The notes beneath the pieces were generated by a model. It searched no databases. It saw only the letters and a list, made by a program, of their open reading frames with translations, and was not told the origin of the DNA. A stretch of 64,000 nucleotides of DNA from Candidatus Latescibacterota bacterium (GTDB lineage Bacteria; Latescibacterota; UBA2968; UBA8231), in NCBI GenBank assembly GCA_964291625.2, contig OZ220089.1, positions 3,648,001 through 3,712,000 of the forward strand, in the 5' to 3' direction. Positions 47,240 to 58,700 of the stretch are shown here, one piece after another. Both the position numbers and the translations under genes were made by a program. The first letter of the stretch is position 1, and each line of letters starts with the position of its first letter.

Positions 47240-47815
47240 TCAGGCGGGGCCGAGCCCCAGTCGCCCCTCCTCGGGGCGCAGGGCCTGGATGACGAAGTCG
47301 ATGTGCTCGTCCAGGTCCACCCCGAACTCCTCGGCCCCCTGGCGGATCTCGCCGCGGTCGACGGCGCGGGCGAAGCCCCGGTCCTTGAGCTTCTTCCGCA
47401 CGCTGCGCACGCCCAGGTCGGCGAGGCTCTTCGACGGCCGCACGAGGGCGCAGGCCACGAGAAAGCCGCACAGCTCGTCCACGGCGAAGAGGGCCTTGGC
47501 CACGGGCGTGTCCCGCGGCACACCGCTGTACGTGGCGTGTCCGAGGATGGCCCGGCACAGGGGCTCGGGGTAGCCGCGCTCGCGCAGCAGGGCCACGCCG
47601 AAGGCCGGGTGCCCGTCGGTGGGGGAGCGCGCCTCGTTGGGGTGGGACTCGTAGTCGAAGTCGTGGAGCAGTCCCACGGTGGCCCAGGCCTCCTCGTCCT
47701 CCCCGAGGCGGCGGGCGCAGGCGCGCATGGCGGCCTCCACGGCGTACATGTGCCGGCGCAGGGGCTCCGACGCCGTGTGCTCGTGCATCAGGGCCAGGGC
47801 TTCGTCCCGGGTCAC
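47240..47815 (-). CDS. HD (HDIG) domain phosphohydrolase
   Basis: [30 protein letters not shown]; GTGA overlap with msrAB. Confidence 0.88.
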   Translation of the reverse strand: MTRDEALALMHEHTASEPLRRHMYAVEAAMRACARRLGEDEEAWATVGLLHDFDYESHPNEARSPTDGHPAFGVALLRERGYPEPLCRAILGHATYSGVPRDTPVAKALFAVDELCGFLVACALVRPSKSLADLGVRSVRKKLKDRGFARAVDRGEIRQGAEEFGVDLDEHIDFVIQALRPEEGRLGLGPA

Positions 47816-48870
47816 GGGCTCTCTCCCGCCTGCGCCTGGGCCTCGAAGCGGGCGAGGTACTCGCCGTAGCCGGCCTCCTCCATCTCCTCCCGCGGCACGA
47901 AGCGCAGGGCCGCCGAGTTGATGCAGTAGCGCAGCCCCGTGGGCTCGGGTCCGTCGTCGAAGAGGTGGCCCAGGTGCGAGTCGCCGTGCTTGCTGCGCAC
48001 CTCGGTGCGCGGGTAGATCAGCTTGAAGTCCCTCTTCTCGACGATGTTCTCCGCCACCAGGGGGCGCGTGAAGCTCGGCCACCCGGTGCCCGAGACGTAC
48101 TTGTCGACGGAGAGGAAGAGGGGCTCGCCCGAGACGATGTCCACGTAGATCCCCTCCTTCTTGTTGTCCCAGTATTCGTTGCGGAAGGGCGGCTCGGTGC
48201 CCTCCTCCTGGGTGACCTCGTACTGGAGGCGGGTCAGGCGGCTGCGCAGCTCCTTCTCCGGCGGCTTGAGGTAACGCGTCTCGGTCCCGCCGCCGCCGCC
48301 CCAGTGGGCGCGGATGAACTGGTCGCGGCCGGAGCCGGAGCGGTAGCGCTTGTAGTGGGCCGGGTCCTTGCGGTAGAAGTCCTGGTGGTACTCCTCGGCC
48401 GGGTAGAACACGTCGGCGTCGCGCACCGGCGTGACGATGGGGTCCTCGAAGCGGCCCGAGGCCGCCAGGTCCGCCTTCGAGGCCTCGGCCAGCCGCCGCT
48501 GCTCCTCGTCGTGGACGAAGATCGCCGAGGTGTACTGATACCCGCGGTCGACGAAGGAGCCGCCGGCGTCGGTGGGGTCGAACTGCATCCAGTAGACCTC
48601 GAGGAGCCGCTCGTAGCTGATCGTCTCCGGGTCGAAGGTGACCTGCACCGCCTCCAGGTGCCCGGTCTTGCCCCCCGCGACCGCGCGGTACGTGGGGTTC
48701 ACCTCCGGACCGCCGATGTACCCGGAGATCACGGAGTGCACGCCCTCCAGCTTCTCGAAGGGCGGCTCCAGGCACCAGAAGCAGCCGCCGGCAAAGGTGG
48801 CCCGGGCCGCTTCCCCGGCGCCGGCGGCAGCCGGCAGCGCCGCCAGCAGGGCCGTGAAGATCCGTCTCAT
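47812..48870 (-). CDS. msrAB: Exported bifunctional peptide methionine sulfoxide reductase MsrA/MsrB
   Basis: Signal peptide; AGGCFWC and FYPAEEYHQ (MsrA); [27 protein letters not shown] (MsrB). Confidence 0.93.
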   Translation of the reverse strand: MRRIFTALLAALPAAAGAGEAARATFAGGCFWCLEPPFEKLEGVHSVISGYIGGPEVNPTYRAVAGGKTGHLEAVQVTFDPETISYERLLEVYWMQFDPTDAGGSFVDRGYQYTSAIFVHDEEQRRLAEASKADLAASGRFEDPIVTPVRDADVFYPAEEYHQDFYRKDPAHYKRYRSGSGRDQFIRAHWGGGGGTETRYLKPPEKELRSRLTRLQYEVTQEEGTEPPFRNEYWDNKKEGIYVDIVSGEPLFLSVDKYVSGTGWPSFTRPLVAENIVEKRDFKLIYPRTEVRSKHGDSHLGHLFDDGPEPTGLRYCINSAALRFVPREEMEEAGYGEYLARFEAQAQAGESP

Positions 48871-48892
48871 CGTATCGCCTCCTGTCGTGGTG

Positions 48893-49801
48893 TCATCCCT
48901 TCGCCGACGCCCGCGCCGCGGCGGATGTTCCGGGGTGCGGGACGGTGTTGAGGTCGAAGGCGTTCCAGTAGTACTGGTAGTTGCTCGACTTCCAGCCGGC
49001 GTAGATCTCGTCCCAGCCCATGCGGTTGAAGTGCGGCAGCAGCGATCCCTCGGTGACCGGCTGCGAGCCTCCCTGGTAGCGGTAGTCCACGGAGAGGCGG
49101 ATGCGGTCGGGACTGCGGTTCGGCAGGGCCTTGTGCACGGCGTGGCTGTGAAAGAAGAGGGCATCGCCGATCTCGAAGTCCCCCGCCGCCCAGCGCAGTC
49201 CCTGTGCCTCCAGGGGCGCCGTGTCGATGCCGACCTTGCCGGCGCCGAGGGCCGGCTCCACCGGGTACAGCCCGCCCTTGTGCGATCCCGCGAGCACCGA
49301 CAGTCCGCCCAGGTCTTGCGGACAGGCGCCGAGGGGGATCCACGCGGTATACGTTTCCGGCGTTCCCCGGATATGGATGAAATCCTGGTGCGCCGGCGTC
49401 GTGTGGCTGGCGTTCTCCGGGAACATGATTCGGCCGATGTTCCGCGGATGGACGAGCGTCTCCTCGCCGAAGAGCCTGTCGCACATCTCCAGGATCGCCG
49501 GGTGGTGGGCGAAGGCATGGAACGACTCCAGGCGCTGGAACTCGTCCAGCACCGGCCAGTAGCCGTCGTCGCCCTCGACGAAGGGGCCGCCGGCGCGCAG
49601 GCCCTCCATCAGTCCCTCGCCGCCCCGGGTCCATCCGTGGCGGTGGCAGATCTCCAGGAAACCGCGGCGCAGGCCGAGGACGGAATCGGCGTCGATCAGG
49701 CCGCGGAAGAAGAGGTAGCCGTCCCGGCGCGCACGGTCCTGCAGCCGGTCCGGATGTTCCAGCAGATCGTTGGAGACGGCGAAGGGTTCAGCTCTTGCCA
49801 A
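48893..49801 (-). CDS. PhyH family dioxygenase
   Basis: [31 protein letters not shown]. Confidence 0.88.
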   Translation of the reverse strand: MARAEPFAVSNDLLEHPDRLQDRARRDGYLFFRGLIDADSVLGLRRGFLEICHRHGWTRGGEGLMEGLRAGGPFVEGDDGYWPVLDEFQRLESFHAFAHHPAILEMCDRLFGEETLVHPRNIGRIMFPENASHTTPAHQDFIHIRGTPETYTAWIPLGACPQDLGGLSVLAGSHKGGLYPVEPALGAGKVGIDTAPLEAQGLRWAAGDFEIGDALFFHSHAVHKALPNRSPDRIRLSVDYRYQGGSQPVTEGSLLPHFNRMGWDEIYAGWKSSNYQYYWNAFDLNTVPHPGTSAAARASAKG

Positions 49802-49826
49802 GGGATGCTCCTCGCTTGCGGGCGGC

Positions 49827-50846
49827 TCAGCCGAGGCGCCAGTGGATGCCCATCAGGCAGGTCGGCTCTCCCGGCTTGTCGATGGCGTAGTAGACGGTCA
49901 GGATGGAGCCGTCCGCCAGCTGTGCCGACGCCGGATACCCCAGGTCGGGGCTGGTGTCCGTGCACAGGACGATCTCCTCGCTCCAGGTCTCGCCTTCATC
50001 GGCGGTCACGCGCGCCCGTTGCCCGAAGGGCGGCACCCTGACGCCGTACACGAGGAGGATGCGGTTGTCCTCCTCCAGGCGAATCATGTGAGCGGGATAG
50101 CCGAGGATGCCGGTCTTGAAAGGTTCCGTCCAGGTGCGGCCGCCGTCGCGGCTCTCGGCCTGGAACATGTACTTCTCTTCCAGTATGGATGTGCCATAGC
50201 GGAACATCCCGATGAGCTTGCCGCTCTCCGTCTCGGCGAGATACGGTTCGCCCAGGCCGATGCCCTCGGGCTCGGGGACGGTGCCGATGACCTGCCACGA
50301 TCGGCCCTGGTCGGTCGACTCCTCGGCGGTCAGGCCATGCACGCCGTCGAAGGTGCCGCTGCCGAGGTAGAGCAGGCGGCCGTCGTCGAGTTCGACCGGT
50401 CCATGGGGAGCGGACCCCTTGTTCCTTACCGGTTGTTCCCAGGTGACCCCCGAATCCGTGGATCGCTGGGTCCAGTGGCCCATCCACCGCTCCCGCACTT
50501 CCGGGCTCAGCGTCGCGGCGTGGGCCTCGTACCGCTCGTCGTTCTCGAACTCCACCGATGTGAACCAGGTGGAGATCAGCGTGCCGTCGGAGGTCTCCAC
50601 CAGTCCGGCGTCGCGGTCGTCGAGGGGGGTGTTGCGGATGACGACGGGATCGCTCCAGGTGGCGCCCTCGTCGGAGCTGCGCACCAACTCCGTCTTGCCC
50701 CAGGGGCAGATGTGCCCGTCCCGGTCGCCCGAGAACACGACGATCAGCTCGCCGCCACGGGTGCGCACGATGGTCGGCCACCCGATGTAGCGGCCCGGCT
50801 CCTTGCAGAGGATCCGCCTGGACAGAATCTCGGCTGAGGGTGTCAT
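49827..50846 (-). CDS. BNR/Asp-box sialidase-family protein
   Basis: SSDEGATW, STDSGVTW, STDQGRSW, SRDGGRTW Asp-boxes; DLGYP. Confidence 0.85.
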   Translation of the reverse strand: MTPSAEILSRRILCKEPGRYIGWPTIVRTRGGELIVVFSGDRDGHICPWGKTELVRSSDEGATWSDPVVIRNTPLDDRDAGLVETSDGTLISTWFTSVEFENDERYEAHAATLSPEVRERWMGHWTQRSTDSGVTWEQPVRNKGSAPHGPVELDDGRLLYLGSGTFDGVHGLTAEESTDQGRSWQVIGTVPEPEGIGLGEPYLAETESGKLIGMFRYGTSILEEKYMFQAESRDGGRTWTEPFKTGILGYPAHMIRLEEDNRILLVYGVRVPPFGQRARVTADEGETWSEEIVLCTDTSPDLGYPASAQLADGSILTVYYAIDKPGEPTCLMGIHWRLG

Positions 50847-50849
50847 CGG

Positions 50850-51809
50850 TCAGGTCCTGGATGCGGTCCGCCACCGCCAGCCCGCCTCCTTCTTCCCCGG
50901 AGGAAGGGCCACGTTGCTGGACCCCATGAACTGGATGGTCGTGCGCCGCTGCCGCTCGCTGCGCCAGGCGGTGGTCCCGTGCGCTACGCCGCCGAAGAAC
51001 AGGACATCGCCGGCCTTCAAGGGCGGTGGTCCTCGGGCAGGTCGTCCTGCATCTCCAGGGCGAAGTCGACGGCGCGGTTCGCCGCCGCCAGCCACTCCTC
51101 GTCCATGACGCCCCGCAGGACGAGGTAACCGCGCACGTCCCAGAACCACAACTCATCCGGGTCGGGCTGGCTGTTCTCGTCCAGATGGAAGGCCAAGGAC
51201 GGCGGCCGCTCTTCCACTGTCGCCACCCAGGTCCGTTCCCCGTCGGAGATGACCGTGCCCCCCCGTCCGGTGGCCCTCGTCCCGACAACCGCCCGCTGCT
51301 CCGGGGTCAGCTCCGTCACCCATTCCGGAGCTTCGATCTCGGGATAGCCGGCCGTCGGCCGCGCCCGCGAGTTGACGTACACGATCTCGATCACCCGTCC
51401 CGGCCGGCCGCGGACACCGTAGAGCGTGTTGGCGGCGCAGATGAGAGCATCCCCGGCTTCGAGCACGGGCTCCTCGGTCATGCCCAGGTCATCGGCGCCG
51501 GCGAGGAAAGCGGCCGGCGGCTCCGTCGCCCGGTTGTGGCTGCCCGGGACCAGCACGATACCCCCGTCTTGGGGCGTGGGCGCAAGAGCGAGGAACACCC
51601 TCACTCCCTTGCACTCCCGGGTATCGCCGTTGTTTGCATACCGCAGCCGCCTGCGGTCTTCCGGTGGACCCGCCGACAGGGGCACCGCGCCCTGCCCTCC
51701 GTCCGGGACCGGGGCCGGCGGCTGATCGATGACGAAGCCAGGCGGAGAGCGCCCCTGGCAGGTGGATGAAGCCGGCGATATCGAATCCGTAGTCCTGGTC
51801 TGCGTTCAC
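50850..51809 (-). pseudogene. Decayed multi-domain PhyH-family gene (deletions and frameshifts)
   Basis: RBS gaaggag then VNADQDYGFDIAGFIHLPGAL; next frame GIVLVPGSH...EAGDALI...LWFWDVRGYLVLRGVM; next frame LKAGDVLFFGGVAHGTTAW. Confidence 0.72.
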
Positions 51810-51927
51810 CTGTTTCTCTCCTTCGCGGTCGTGCGTAAGCAAGGCGGCCGCCAGGGAGCTGTAAAACTCGATGACGCGCACGATGGTGCCGATTGCCCGA
51901 GACCCCGGGCCGGGATAACCTTCGCGC

Positions 51928-53139
51928 ATGACCAGCTCCGAAACCATCACCATCGTCGGCGGCGGCATCTGGGGCCTGAGCACCGCCTTCCACCTGGCCG
52001 AGCGCGGCGCGGGACCCGTGCGCGTCCTCGAGCGCAACGCGGAGGTCGCGGCGGAGACGACCCCCCGCGCCGCGGGACTGGTAGGCCAGGTGCGCAGCTC
52101 GGCGGCCATGTGCCGGGCGGTCCGCTACGCCCTCGACCTGCTCTCCGGGTTCGGCGAGCGGTCCGGGCACGACCCGGGCCTGCGGCGGCCGGGGAGTCTC
52201 CTCGCGGCCCTGACCCCGGAGCGGATGGCCGCCTACGAGGGCCTGATCGAGCGCGCCCGGGCCAGCGGGGTCGAGGCCGCCTTCCTCTCCCATGACGAGA
52301 TGGAGCGGCTCTGCCCGGGCCTGGACGTCGCCCGCCTCGAGGGCGGCTGCTACGTCACCGGCGACGGCTACGTCGACCCCGGCCGCTGCGCCCGCGCCTA
52401 TGCCGCCGCCGCCCGCGACCTGGGAGTCCGCATCGACTGCTCCGCCGAGGTGACGGGTCTCGATGTCGAGGGGGGCGCCGTGCGCGGCGTGCGCACCGCG
52501 GGCGAGACCATCGCCGCCGACCGGGTGGTCCTCACCGCCGGCCCCTGGAGCAGCCGCCTGCTGCGCCGCTTCGGCGTCGAGGAGTTGCCCCTGCAGACGA
52601 TCCGCCACCAGCGGGCCCGCACCGCCGCCGCCGGGATCTCCGCCGACCACCCCGTGGTCCGCGTCACCGAGGTGAGCTGCTACGTCCGCCCGGAGCGCGG
52701 CGGCTACCTCTACGGCTTCTTCGAGCCGGACCCGCACCTCGTCGATCTGGACGAGGGCTTCCGCACCTCGGACCTGGCCGAGCCGCGCGGTACCATCGCC
52801 GAGGCCGCGGACCGGCTGGCCCCACTCTTCCCGTCCCTGCCCGGGCTGGAGGTGGCCGAGTACTCCCAGGGGGTCACCTCCTTCGCGCCCGACGGCGGCT
52901 ACCTGCTCGGGCCGGTGCCGGCGGTGGAGGGGCTCTACGTGGCCTCGGCCTGCGCCGCCCTCGGCATCGCCGGGTCCGCCGCCGTGGGCCGCTGGCTCGC
53001 GGCCTGGGTGATCGACGGGGATCCGGGGGAGGACCTGGCGGAGTTCGGTCTCGGGCGTTTCGGCGAGCACGGCCGCGACCCCGAGTGGGTGCGCCGCGAG
53101 AGCCGCGGCTTCTACGCCACCTACTACAATGTCCGCTGA
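51928..53139 (+). CDS. FAD-dependent oxidoreductase (DAO / sarcosine-dimethylglycine dehydrogenase-like)
   Basis: IVGGGIWGLSTAFHLA, ETTPRAAGLV, GDGYVDP, SFAPDG. Confidence 0.88.
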   Translation: MTSSETITIVGGGIWGLSTAFHLAERGAGPVRVLERNAEVAAETTPRAAGLVGQVRSSAAMCRAVRYALDLLSGFGERSGHDPGLRRPGSLLAALTPERMAAYEGLIERARASGVEAAFLSHDEMERLCPGLDVARLEGGCYVTGDGYVDPGRCARAYAAAARDLGVRIDCSAEVTGLDVEGGAVRGVRTAGETIAADRVVLTAGPWSSRLLRRFGVEELPLQTIRHQRARTAAAGISADHPVVRVTEVSCYVRPERGGYLYGFFEPDPHLVDLDEGFRTSDLAEPRGTIAEAADRLAPLFPSLPGLEVAEYSQGVTSFAPDGGYLLGPVPAVEGLYVASACAALGIAGSAAVGRWLAAWVIDGDPGEDLAEFGLGRFGEHGRDPEWVRRESRGFYATYYNVR

Positions 53140-53153
53140 CAGGAGGTGACGCG

Positions 53154-53870
53154 ATGGCAGACCTGAGCGGCCGGGTGGCCGTGGTCGTGGGCAGCAGCTC
53201 GGGGATGGGGCAGGCGGCGGCGCGGGTCTATGCGGAAGCAGGGGCGAAGCTGGTGCTGGCGGCGCGCAGCGAGGGAGCACTGGAGGCGCTGGCCGCCGAG
53301 ATCGGCGACGGCGCCCTGGCCTGTCCCACCGACGTGACCGATCCGGCCCGGGTGGAGAACCTCGTCGGCACCGCCCTCGACGCCTTCGGCCGCATCGACG
53401 TGCTCCTCTACGCCACGGGGACCAACATTCCGGAGCGCAGCCTCCAGGTGCTCTCCCGCGAGACCTGGAACGACATGATCGCCACCAACCTGACCGGCGC
53501 CTTCCACTGCACGAAGGCGGTGCTGCCGGCCATGCGGGCCCAGGGCTCGGGCCTGATCATCTACCTCTCCTCCGGCTGCGTGCAGAAGCCCGACGTCTCG
53601 GGCGTCGCCTACCAGGCCACCAAGTGCGGGATCTCCGGCCTGGCCCACGGGACCTTCGAGGAGGAGCGCGAGAACGGGATCCGCACCACCGTGATCTTCC
53701 CCGGCCTGTGCGACACCCCCCTGGTCCTGCGGCGGCCGACGCCGACACCGCCCGAGGTGATGGCGAAAGCCCTGCAGCCCGAGGACGTGGCCGACGCCTG
53801 CCTGTACGTGGCCGCCACGCCCGGCCGGGCGCGGGTGCCCGAGCTGGTGCTCCTGCCCGCGGGACTGTAG
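53154..53870 (+). CDS. Short-chain dehydrogenase/reductase
   Basis: GSSSGMG and YQATK; RBS aggagg. Confidence 0.9.
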   Translation: MADLSGRVAVVVGSSSGMGQAAARVYAEAGAKLVLAARSEGALEALAAEIGDGALACPTDVTDPARVENLVGTALDAFGRIDVLLYATGTNIPERSLQVLSRETWNDMIATNLTGAFHCTKAVLPAMRAQGSGLIIYLSSGCVQKPDVSGVAYQATKCGISGLAHGTFEEERENGIRTTVIFPGLCDTPLVLRRPTPTPPEVMAKALQPEDVADACLYVAATPGRARVPELVLLPAGL

Positions 53871-53883
53871 CTCCCCGGGCCTC

Positions 53884-54912
53884 TCAGGGGTCCCCGGGCG
53901 TCACCTTCTCCAGATAATCCACCAGGCGCCGGCGCGCCGGGCTGTCCCCGTGGATCTCGAGCCCCACTTGCGCCCAGGTCAGGGGGGTGGTCCCGTGCTC
54001 GTCGTCCACCGCCGCCGGGTCGGCCCCGGACTCCACGAGGAGTCGCGCCAGGCCGGCCGTGGCGCACAGGTGCAGCGGCGTCTGGCCCATGTCGGCGCGG
54101 GCGTTGGCGTCGGCGCCGCGCCGGATGAGGACCGCCGCCAGGGCGCCGTGTCCGCCGTGGACGGCGGCGTGCAGGGGCGTCCCCACAACCCGGTTGACAC
54201 CGATCCGGCCGCGGAAGGCGAGGGCCGCGGGATCGGCGTCGACGCGGCGCAGCAGGCGCTCGGTCCAGCCGAGGGCGGCCAGGTGGCAGGGGTCGGGGCA
54301 GGCGCCGCGCTCGACCAGCAGGGCGGCCACCGACCGGCCCCGGGGACCGCGGCCGAGGGCGGCGTCCAGGGGCGTGGCGCCCCGGGGATCGACGCTCTCC
54401 GGGGAGGCGTCGCCCTTCAGAAGGAGCCCGGCCACGGCGGGGGTGGCCGCATGGTGCAGGGGCGGCGCCTCGTCCAGGGCGGGCGCCGAGGCCAGGGCGG
54501 GGTCCTCCTCCAGGAGCCGCGCCACGGCGGCGGCATCGCCGAGCAGGGCGGCGGAGGCGATGTCGAGGCGGGCGCCGCGCGCCAGCAGCAACTCCGCCAC
54601 TTGGTGGTGGCCCCAGTGGGCGGCCAGCTGCAGGGGGCTCCAGCCGTAGCCCCCGAGGCCGCCCTCGACGTCGGCGCCGCGATCCAGCAGCAGCCGGGCG
54701 ATCTTCGGCCGCCCGCGCTCCGCGGCGAGTTGCAGGGGGGAGGGGCGGCCCCCCCACCGGGGGTGGGGCCCCGGCTCGTCGACGGCTCCCTCATCCAGGT
54801 CGAGGGCCGCGGCCACGGCGGCCGGGTCGCCGCGCCAGACGGCTTCGCCCAGCCGGCGGCCGGCGGTCCTGCGCCGCTGGCCGGAGTCACGGGGAGGCTC
54901 GGAAGGAGGCAT
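53884..54912 (-). CDS. Ankyrin repeat protein
   Basis: Repeated (S/T)PL..AA..G...A.LLL.RGAD units. Confidence 0.88.
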   Translation of the reverse strand: MPPSEPPRDSGQRRRTAGRRLGEAVWRGDPAAVAAALDLDEGAVDEPGPHPRWGGRPSPLQLAAERGRPKIARLLLDRGADVEGGLGGYGWSPLQLAAHWGHHQVAELLLARGARLDIASAALLGDAAAVARLLEEDPALASAPALDEAPPLHHAATPAVAGLLLKGDASPESVDPRGATPLDAALGRGPRGRSVAALLVERGACPDPCHLAALGWTERLLRRVDADPAALAFRGRIGVNRVVGTPLHAAVHGGHGALAAVLIRRGADANARADMGQTPLHLCATAGLARLLVESGADPAAVDDEHGTTPLTWAQVGLEIHGDSPARRRLVDYLEKVTPGDP

Positions 54913-55028
54913 GAGAATCTCGACGGGGACACCGGGAGCATCGCTTCGGGGGCCGCAATCTACCGGCGCGCCTCGAACAGCGGCAAAACCGCCTTGCCGT
55001 GATCTCTCCCTTCGGCGACTATCGAGCC

Positions 55029-55559
55029 ATGGCCCGCCCGGCTCAACCGCTCTGGCGCAACCTCGCCTGGCCCTTGCTCGACACCAGCGTGCACCCCCTG
55101 CGCTACGTCCTGCGCGCCTGGCCCCTGGCCATGGTGCCGACCCTTGCCATCGCCCTGGTCCTGTCGACCCTGTTCCAGTTGTTCGGCCTCGACCTCTTCC
55201 TCGGAGAGGACCCCATGGCGCCCCTGAAGTCGACGCCGAAGTGGGTGTTCCTGCTGACGGTCGTCCTCTTCGCCCCTCTCTCCGAGACCCTGCTCATGGC
55301 GCCGATGCTGGCCGTGCTCATGCGCCTGTGGGGCGGGCGCCGGCTTCCCGCCGCCCTGTCCTCGGCGGCGGTGTGGGCCTTCCTGCACTCCCTCAGCGCC
55401 CTGCTCTGGGGAGTGTGCATCTTCTGGACCTTCCTGGTGTTCTCCATCGCCTGGCTGGCCTGGAGGCCCCGCTCCTTCGGCCACGCCTTCTTCGTCACCG
55501 CCGGGATCCACGCCCTCCAGAACGGCGCCGCAGGCGTGTGGGTGATGCTGGCCTTGTAG
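55029..55559 (+). CDS. CPBP-like intramembrane protease (divergent)
   Basis: APLSETLL, VWAFLH, IHALQN; strongly hydrophobic. Confidence 0.65.
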   Translation: MARPAQPLWRNLAWPLLDTSVHPLRYVLRAWPLAMVPTLAIALVLSTLFQLFGLDLFLGEDPMAPLKSTPKWVFLLTVVLFAPLSETLLMAPMLAVLMRLWGGRRLPAALSSAAVWAFLHSLSALLWGVCIFWTFLVFSIAWLAWRPRSFGHAFFVTAGIHALQNGAAGVWVMLAL

Positions 55560-55650
55560 GCAGGGCGCGGATGGCCCCTTTGTGTCCCTCCGCGGATTTG
55601 ACTACACTCAAGCCGACCGGACGAAACTGGAGCATCCTCCGGACACCATG

Positions 55651-55691
55651 AAGGGCAGCCCGTGCACGAGGATGGGCTGCCCTTTCTTTTT
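55651..55691 (+). terminator. Intrinsic terminator between the CPBP-like gene and the TonB receptor
   Basis: aagggcagccc...gggctgccctt stem followed by tcttttt. Confidence 0.8.
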
Positions 55692-55763
55692 CGGCTCCGG
55701 AGGGCCCCCGGCCAACGCTGGCCCGGGGCGACTGCTTCAGCCCTCGAGAGGGGAGTCAACCCT

Positions 55764-58700
55764 ATGTGCATCAAGAAGAATTCGAGCATTGCCATGTTGG
55801 CGGCCGCAGTCCTGCTGTGGGGGGGACCAGCCGGCGCCCAGGGGACCGGCGGCCTCTCGGTCACCGTCGTCGACGCCGGCGGAGAGGCTTTGCCCTCGGC
55901 CCTGGTCTTCATCGAGGCCATCGATGTCGGCGGGTTCTCCGACGAGGAAGGTTGGTTGACCCTTGACAAGGTGCCCGCCGGCGAGCACCTCGTCGCCGTC
56001 GAGCTGATCGGCTATGAAAGCACCACCACCACCGTGATGGTTGTCGCCGGAGAGACCGCGACGGTCGAAGTGGAGCTGGCCGCCAGCGCGGTCCAGTTGG
56101 AGGAAGTGGTGGTGACCGGCACCGCCATCAAGGACTCCCACATCAGCTCGACCTACGCCGTCGCCGTGACCGGCCGGGAGGAGATGGCCGAGCAGGGATC
56201 GCCGCAGGCGGTCGACTTCTTCAAGAACCTGAGCGCCAGCCACGGCGTGATCGGCGAGCGCAGCAGCTGGTACAACGCCAACCAGGCCGCCACCCTCTCC
56301 GAGAGCATCGCCAACGTCAACCTGCGCGGCCTCGGGGCCTCGCGGACCCTGGTGCTGATCAACAGCCGCCGCCAGACCTACGTGCCGGCGCGTCTCATCG
56401 GCGGCCGCTTCGTCGACGTGAACGCCATCCCCTCCATCGCCCTCGACCGCGTCGAAGTGCTCAAGGAGGGGGCCGCCGCCATCTACGGGTCGGACGCGGT
56501 GGCCGGGGTCGCCAACTTCCTGACACGCTCCGACTTCACGGGTCTGGAAGTCTCGGCCTCGCACGAGTACCTGGCCGGCGCGGGCGACTCCGACGTGGGC
56601 GCCATCTGGGGCGGGCAGCTCGGCGGCGCCCATGCGGTCGTCGCCGCGGAGTGGCGGGGACGCAGCGAGCTGCCGTCCACCGAGAGGGACTATCTGCTGC
56701 AGCCGTGGCACGGCGGCGGCCAGCGCCTCGGATGGTCGAGCCTGGGGAACCCGGGCACCTTCGCCGTCGGCGCCCCGGCCCCCTGGACGGCCGCCATCCA
56801 CGCCCCCGACTGCGAGCAGTTCGGCGGCTTCCGGGAGTCCTGGACCTGCCGCTTCCGCTACCAGCAATACGAGAACCTGATCGAGGAGATGAGTCATCTC
56901 CGTCTGTTCTCGGAGATAAACGGTTCGCTGGCCGACGGCACGGAGTATCACTTCGAGGGCCTGCTGGCCCGGGCCGACATCCCCAACTGGTACACCACCC
57001 CTTCGTACCCTCCCTTCCCGCTGACGGACACGAGCATCATGGAGGTCGCCCCCGACCATCCGGGGCGGCAGGCCTTCTGCGAGGAGTACGGGGCGGCGGA
57101 CGGTGACCTGTACCACGCCGAGTGCCAGGCTGGCGAGAACTGGTATTTCAACGGCCGCCCCTTCGGCAACTCGGGTCCCGGACGCATCCTGGGCCGCGAC
57201 TCCAGCACGTTGCGCCTGGCGGCCTCGGCGAACCGCGACCTCTCCTTCGGTGGCCGCGAGACCCACTTCGACCTGGGCCTCTCCTGGTCCCGCACCGAGG
57301 GCAACTACAACCTGCCGGGCGTGTACATCGAGCGGCTCTTCCTCGGCTTCCGCGGTTTCGGGGGACCCGACTGCGGCGTCGGCGTGGAGGCGGACAACAC
57401 CTCCCTGGCGGGGATGCGGCTCGGTCCGCTCAACGGCCAGGTGGCCGGTCAGGGCGGCTGCCAGTACTACAACCCCTTCGGCAATGCCATCGAGTTCACG
57501 GACCAGCACGGCTCGAGCTATGCGGACCGGGCAAACCCGAACCCCCGTTACCGCGCCGACCTTGCCAACAGCCCCGAACTGCGGAATTGGCTGGCAGATA
57601 ACGAAGTCGATCTGCAGAGCACGGCGGACATGCTGGTTGCCGATGCCACGCTGACCGGAACCTGGATCGAGGACGTGGCCAGCTACGCGACGGGGTACCA
57701 GTTCCGCCTGCTCAATGCCAGCGGCGATCCCAACGACGCGGGCGACGTGACCATCAACCCCTGCCCGGTCGTGGGCGATACGAACTGCTCGGCCGAGGAC
57801 CGGTTCGGTCCCTATGCCTTCACCAACGTGAACAATCCCTATGACGTATCGCAGACTGTGCACCGTCTCTTTGCCGAGATCCCCCTGAGCCTGGGGTCGC
57901 GCTTCGACACCCAGCTCGCCGCCAACTACGAGTTCCACGACGTGGCGAGCAGCTTCGATCCCAAGCTCGGCTGGCGCTATCAGATCGCCGAGTCGTCGAC
58001 CCAATCGCTCTTTCTACGCGGCTCGGTGCAGACGACGTTCCGCACGCCGTCGCTGGACGACGTGAACACGAGCCCGCTGTCGACGCTCGAGTGGATCAAC
58101 GAGACGGGCGCCTATCAGACGGTGGACCGGATCGGCAGCAAGGACCTCAAACCCGAGCGGGCCTTCACCTACAATGCGGGCCTCGTCCTGGCCACGGAGG
58201 CCGGCCTCGATGTGACGTTCGACTACTGGAGCTACGACTTCAGCGATGTCATCGGCTCCATGCCGCACGGAGCGATCACCGCCCTGTATGATGAGAACAA
58301 CGAGGCCCTGAAGCAGTTCATCGTCTGCCCCGACGGGATCGGCACCGGCACCTGCGAGGCCTCGGCGCTCGAGCGGGTGCAGGTCGACATCGTCAACTGG
58401 CCGGGGGTGAAGACCTCGGGGATCGATTTGCATCTGGGCGGGCGCACTGATACCGGAGCCGCGGAATTCTCGTTCGGCTTGGACGCTACATACACGCTGG
58501 AGTACCGGGCGAAGGCCCTGATGCTCGGCAACTTGGTGCTGCAAGAGGAGGCAAACGCGGCCGGTTACCTGAATTTCGGCAATCCCATTGCCACCTCGCT
58601 GCCGAGATTGAAGGGCCGGGTTTCGACGGGATATGCTTGGAAAGCCTACCGCTTGGTTAGCTTCCTAAACTACATCTCGTCCTACGACGACCGGGGGTCG

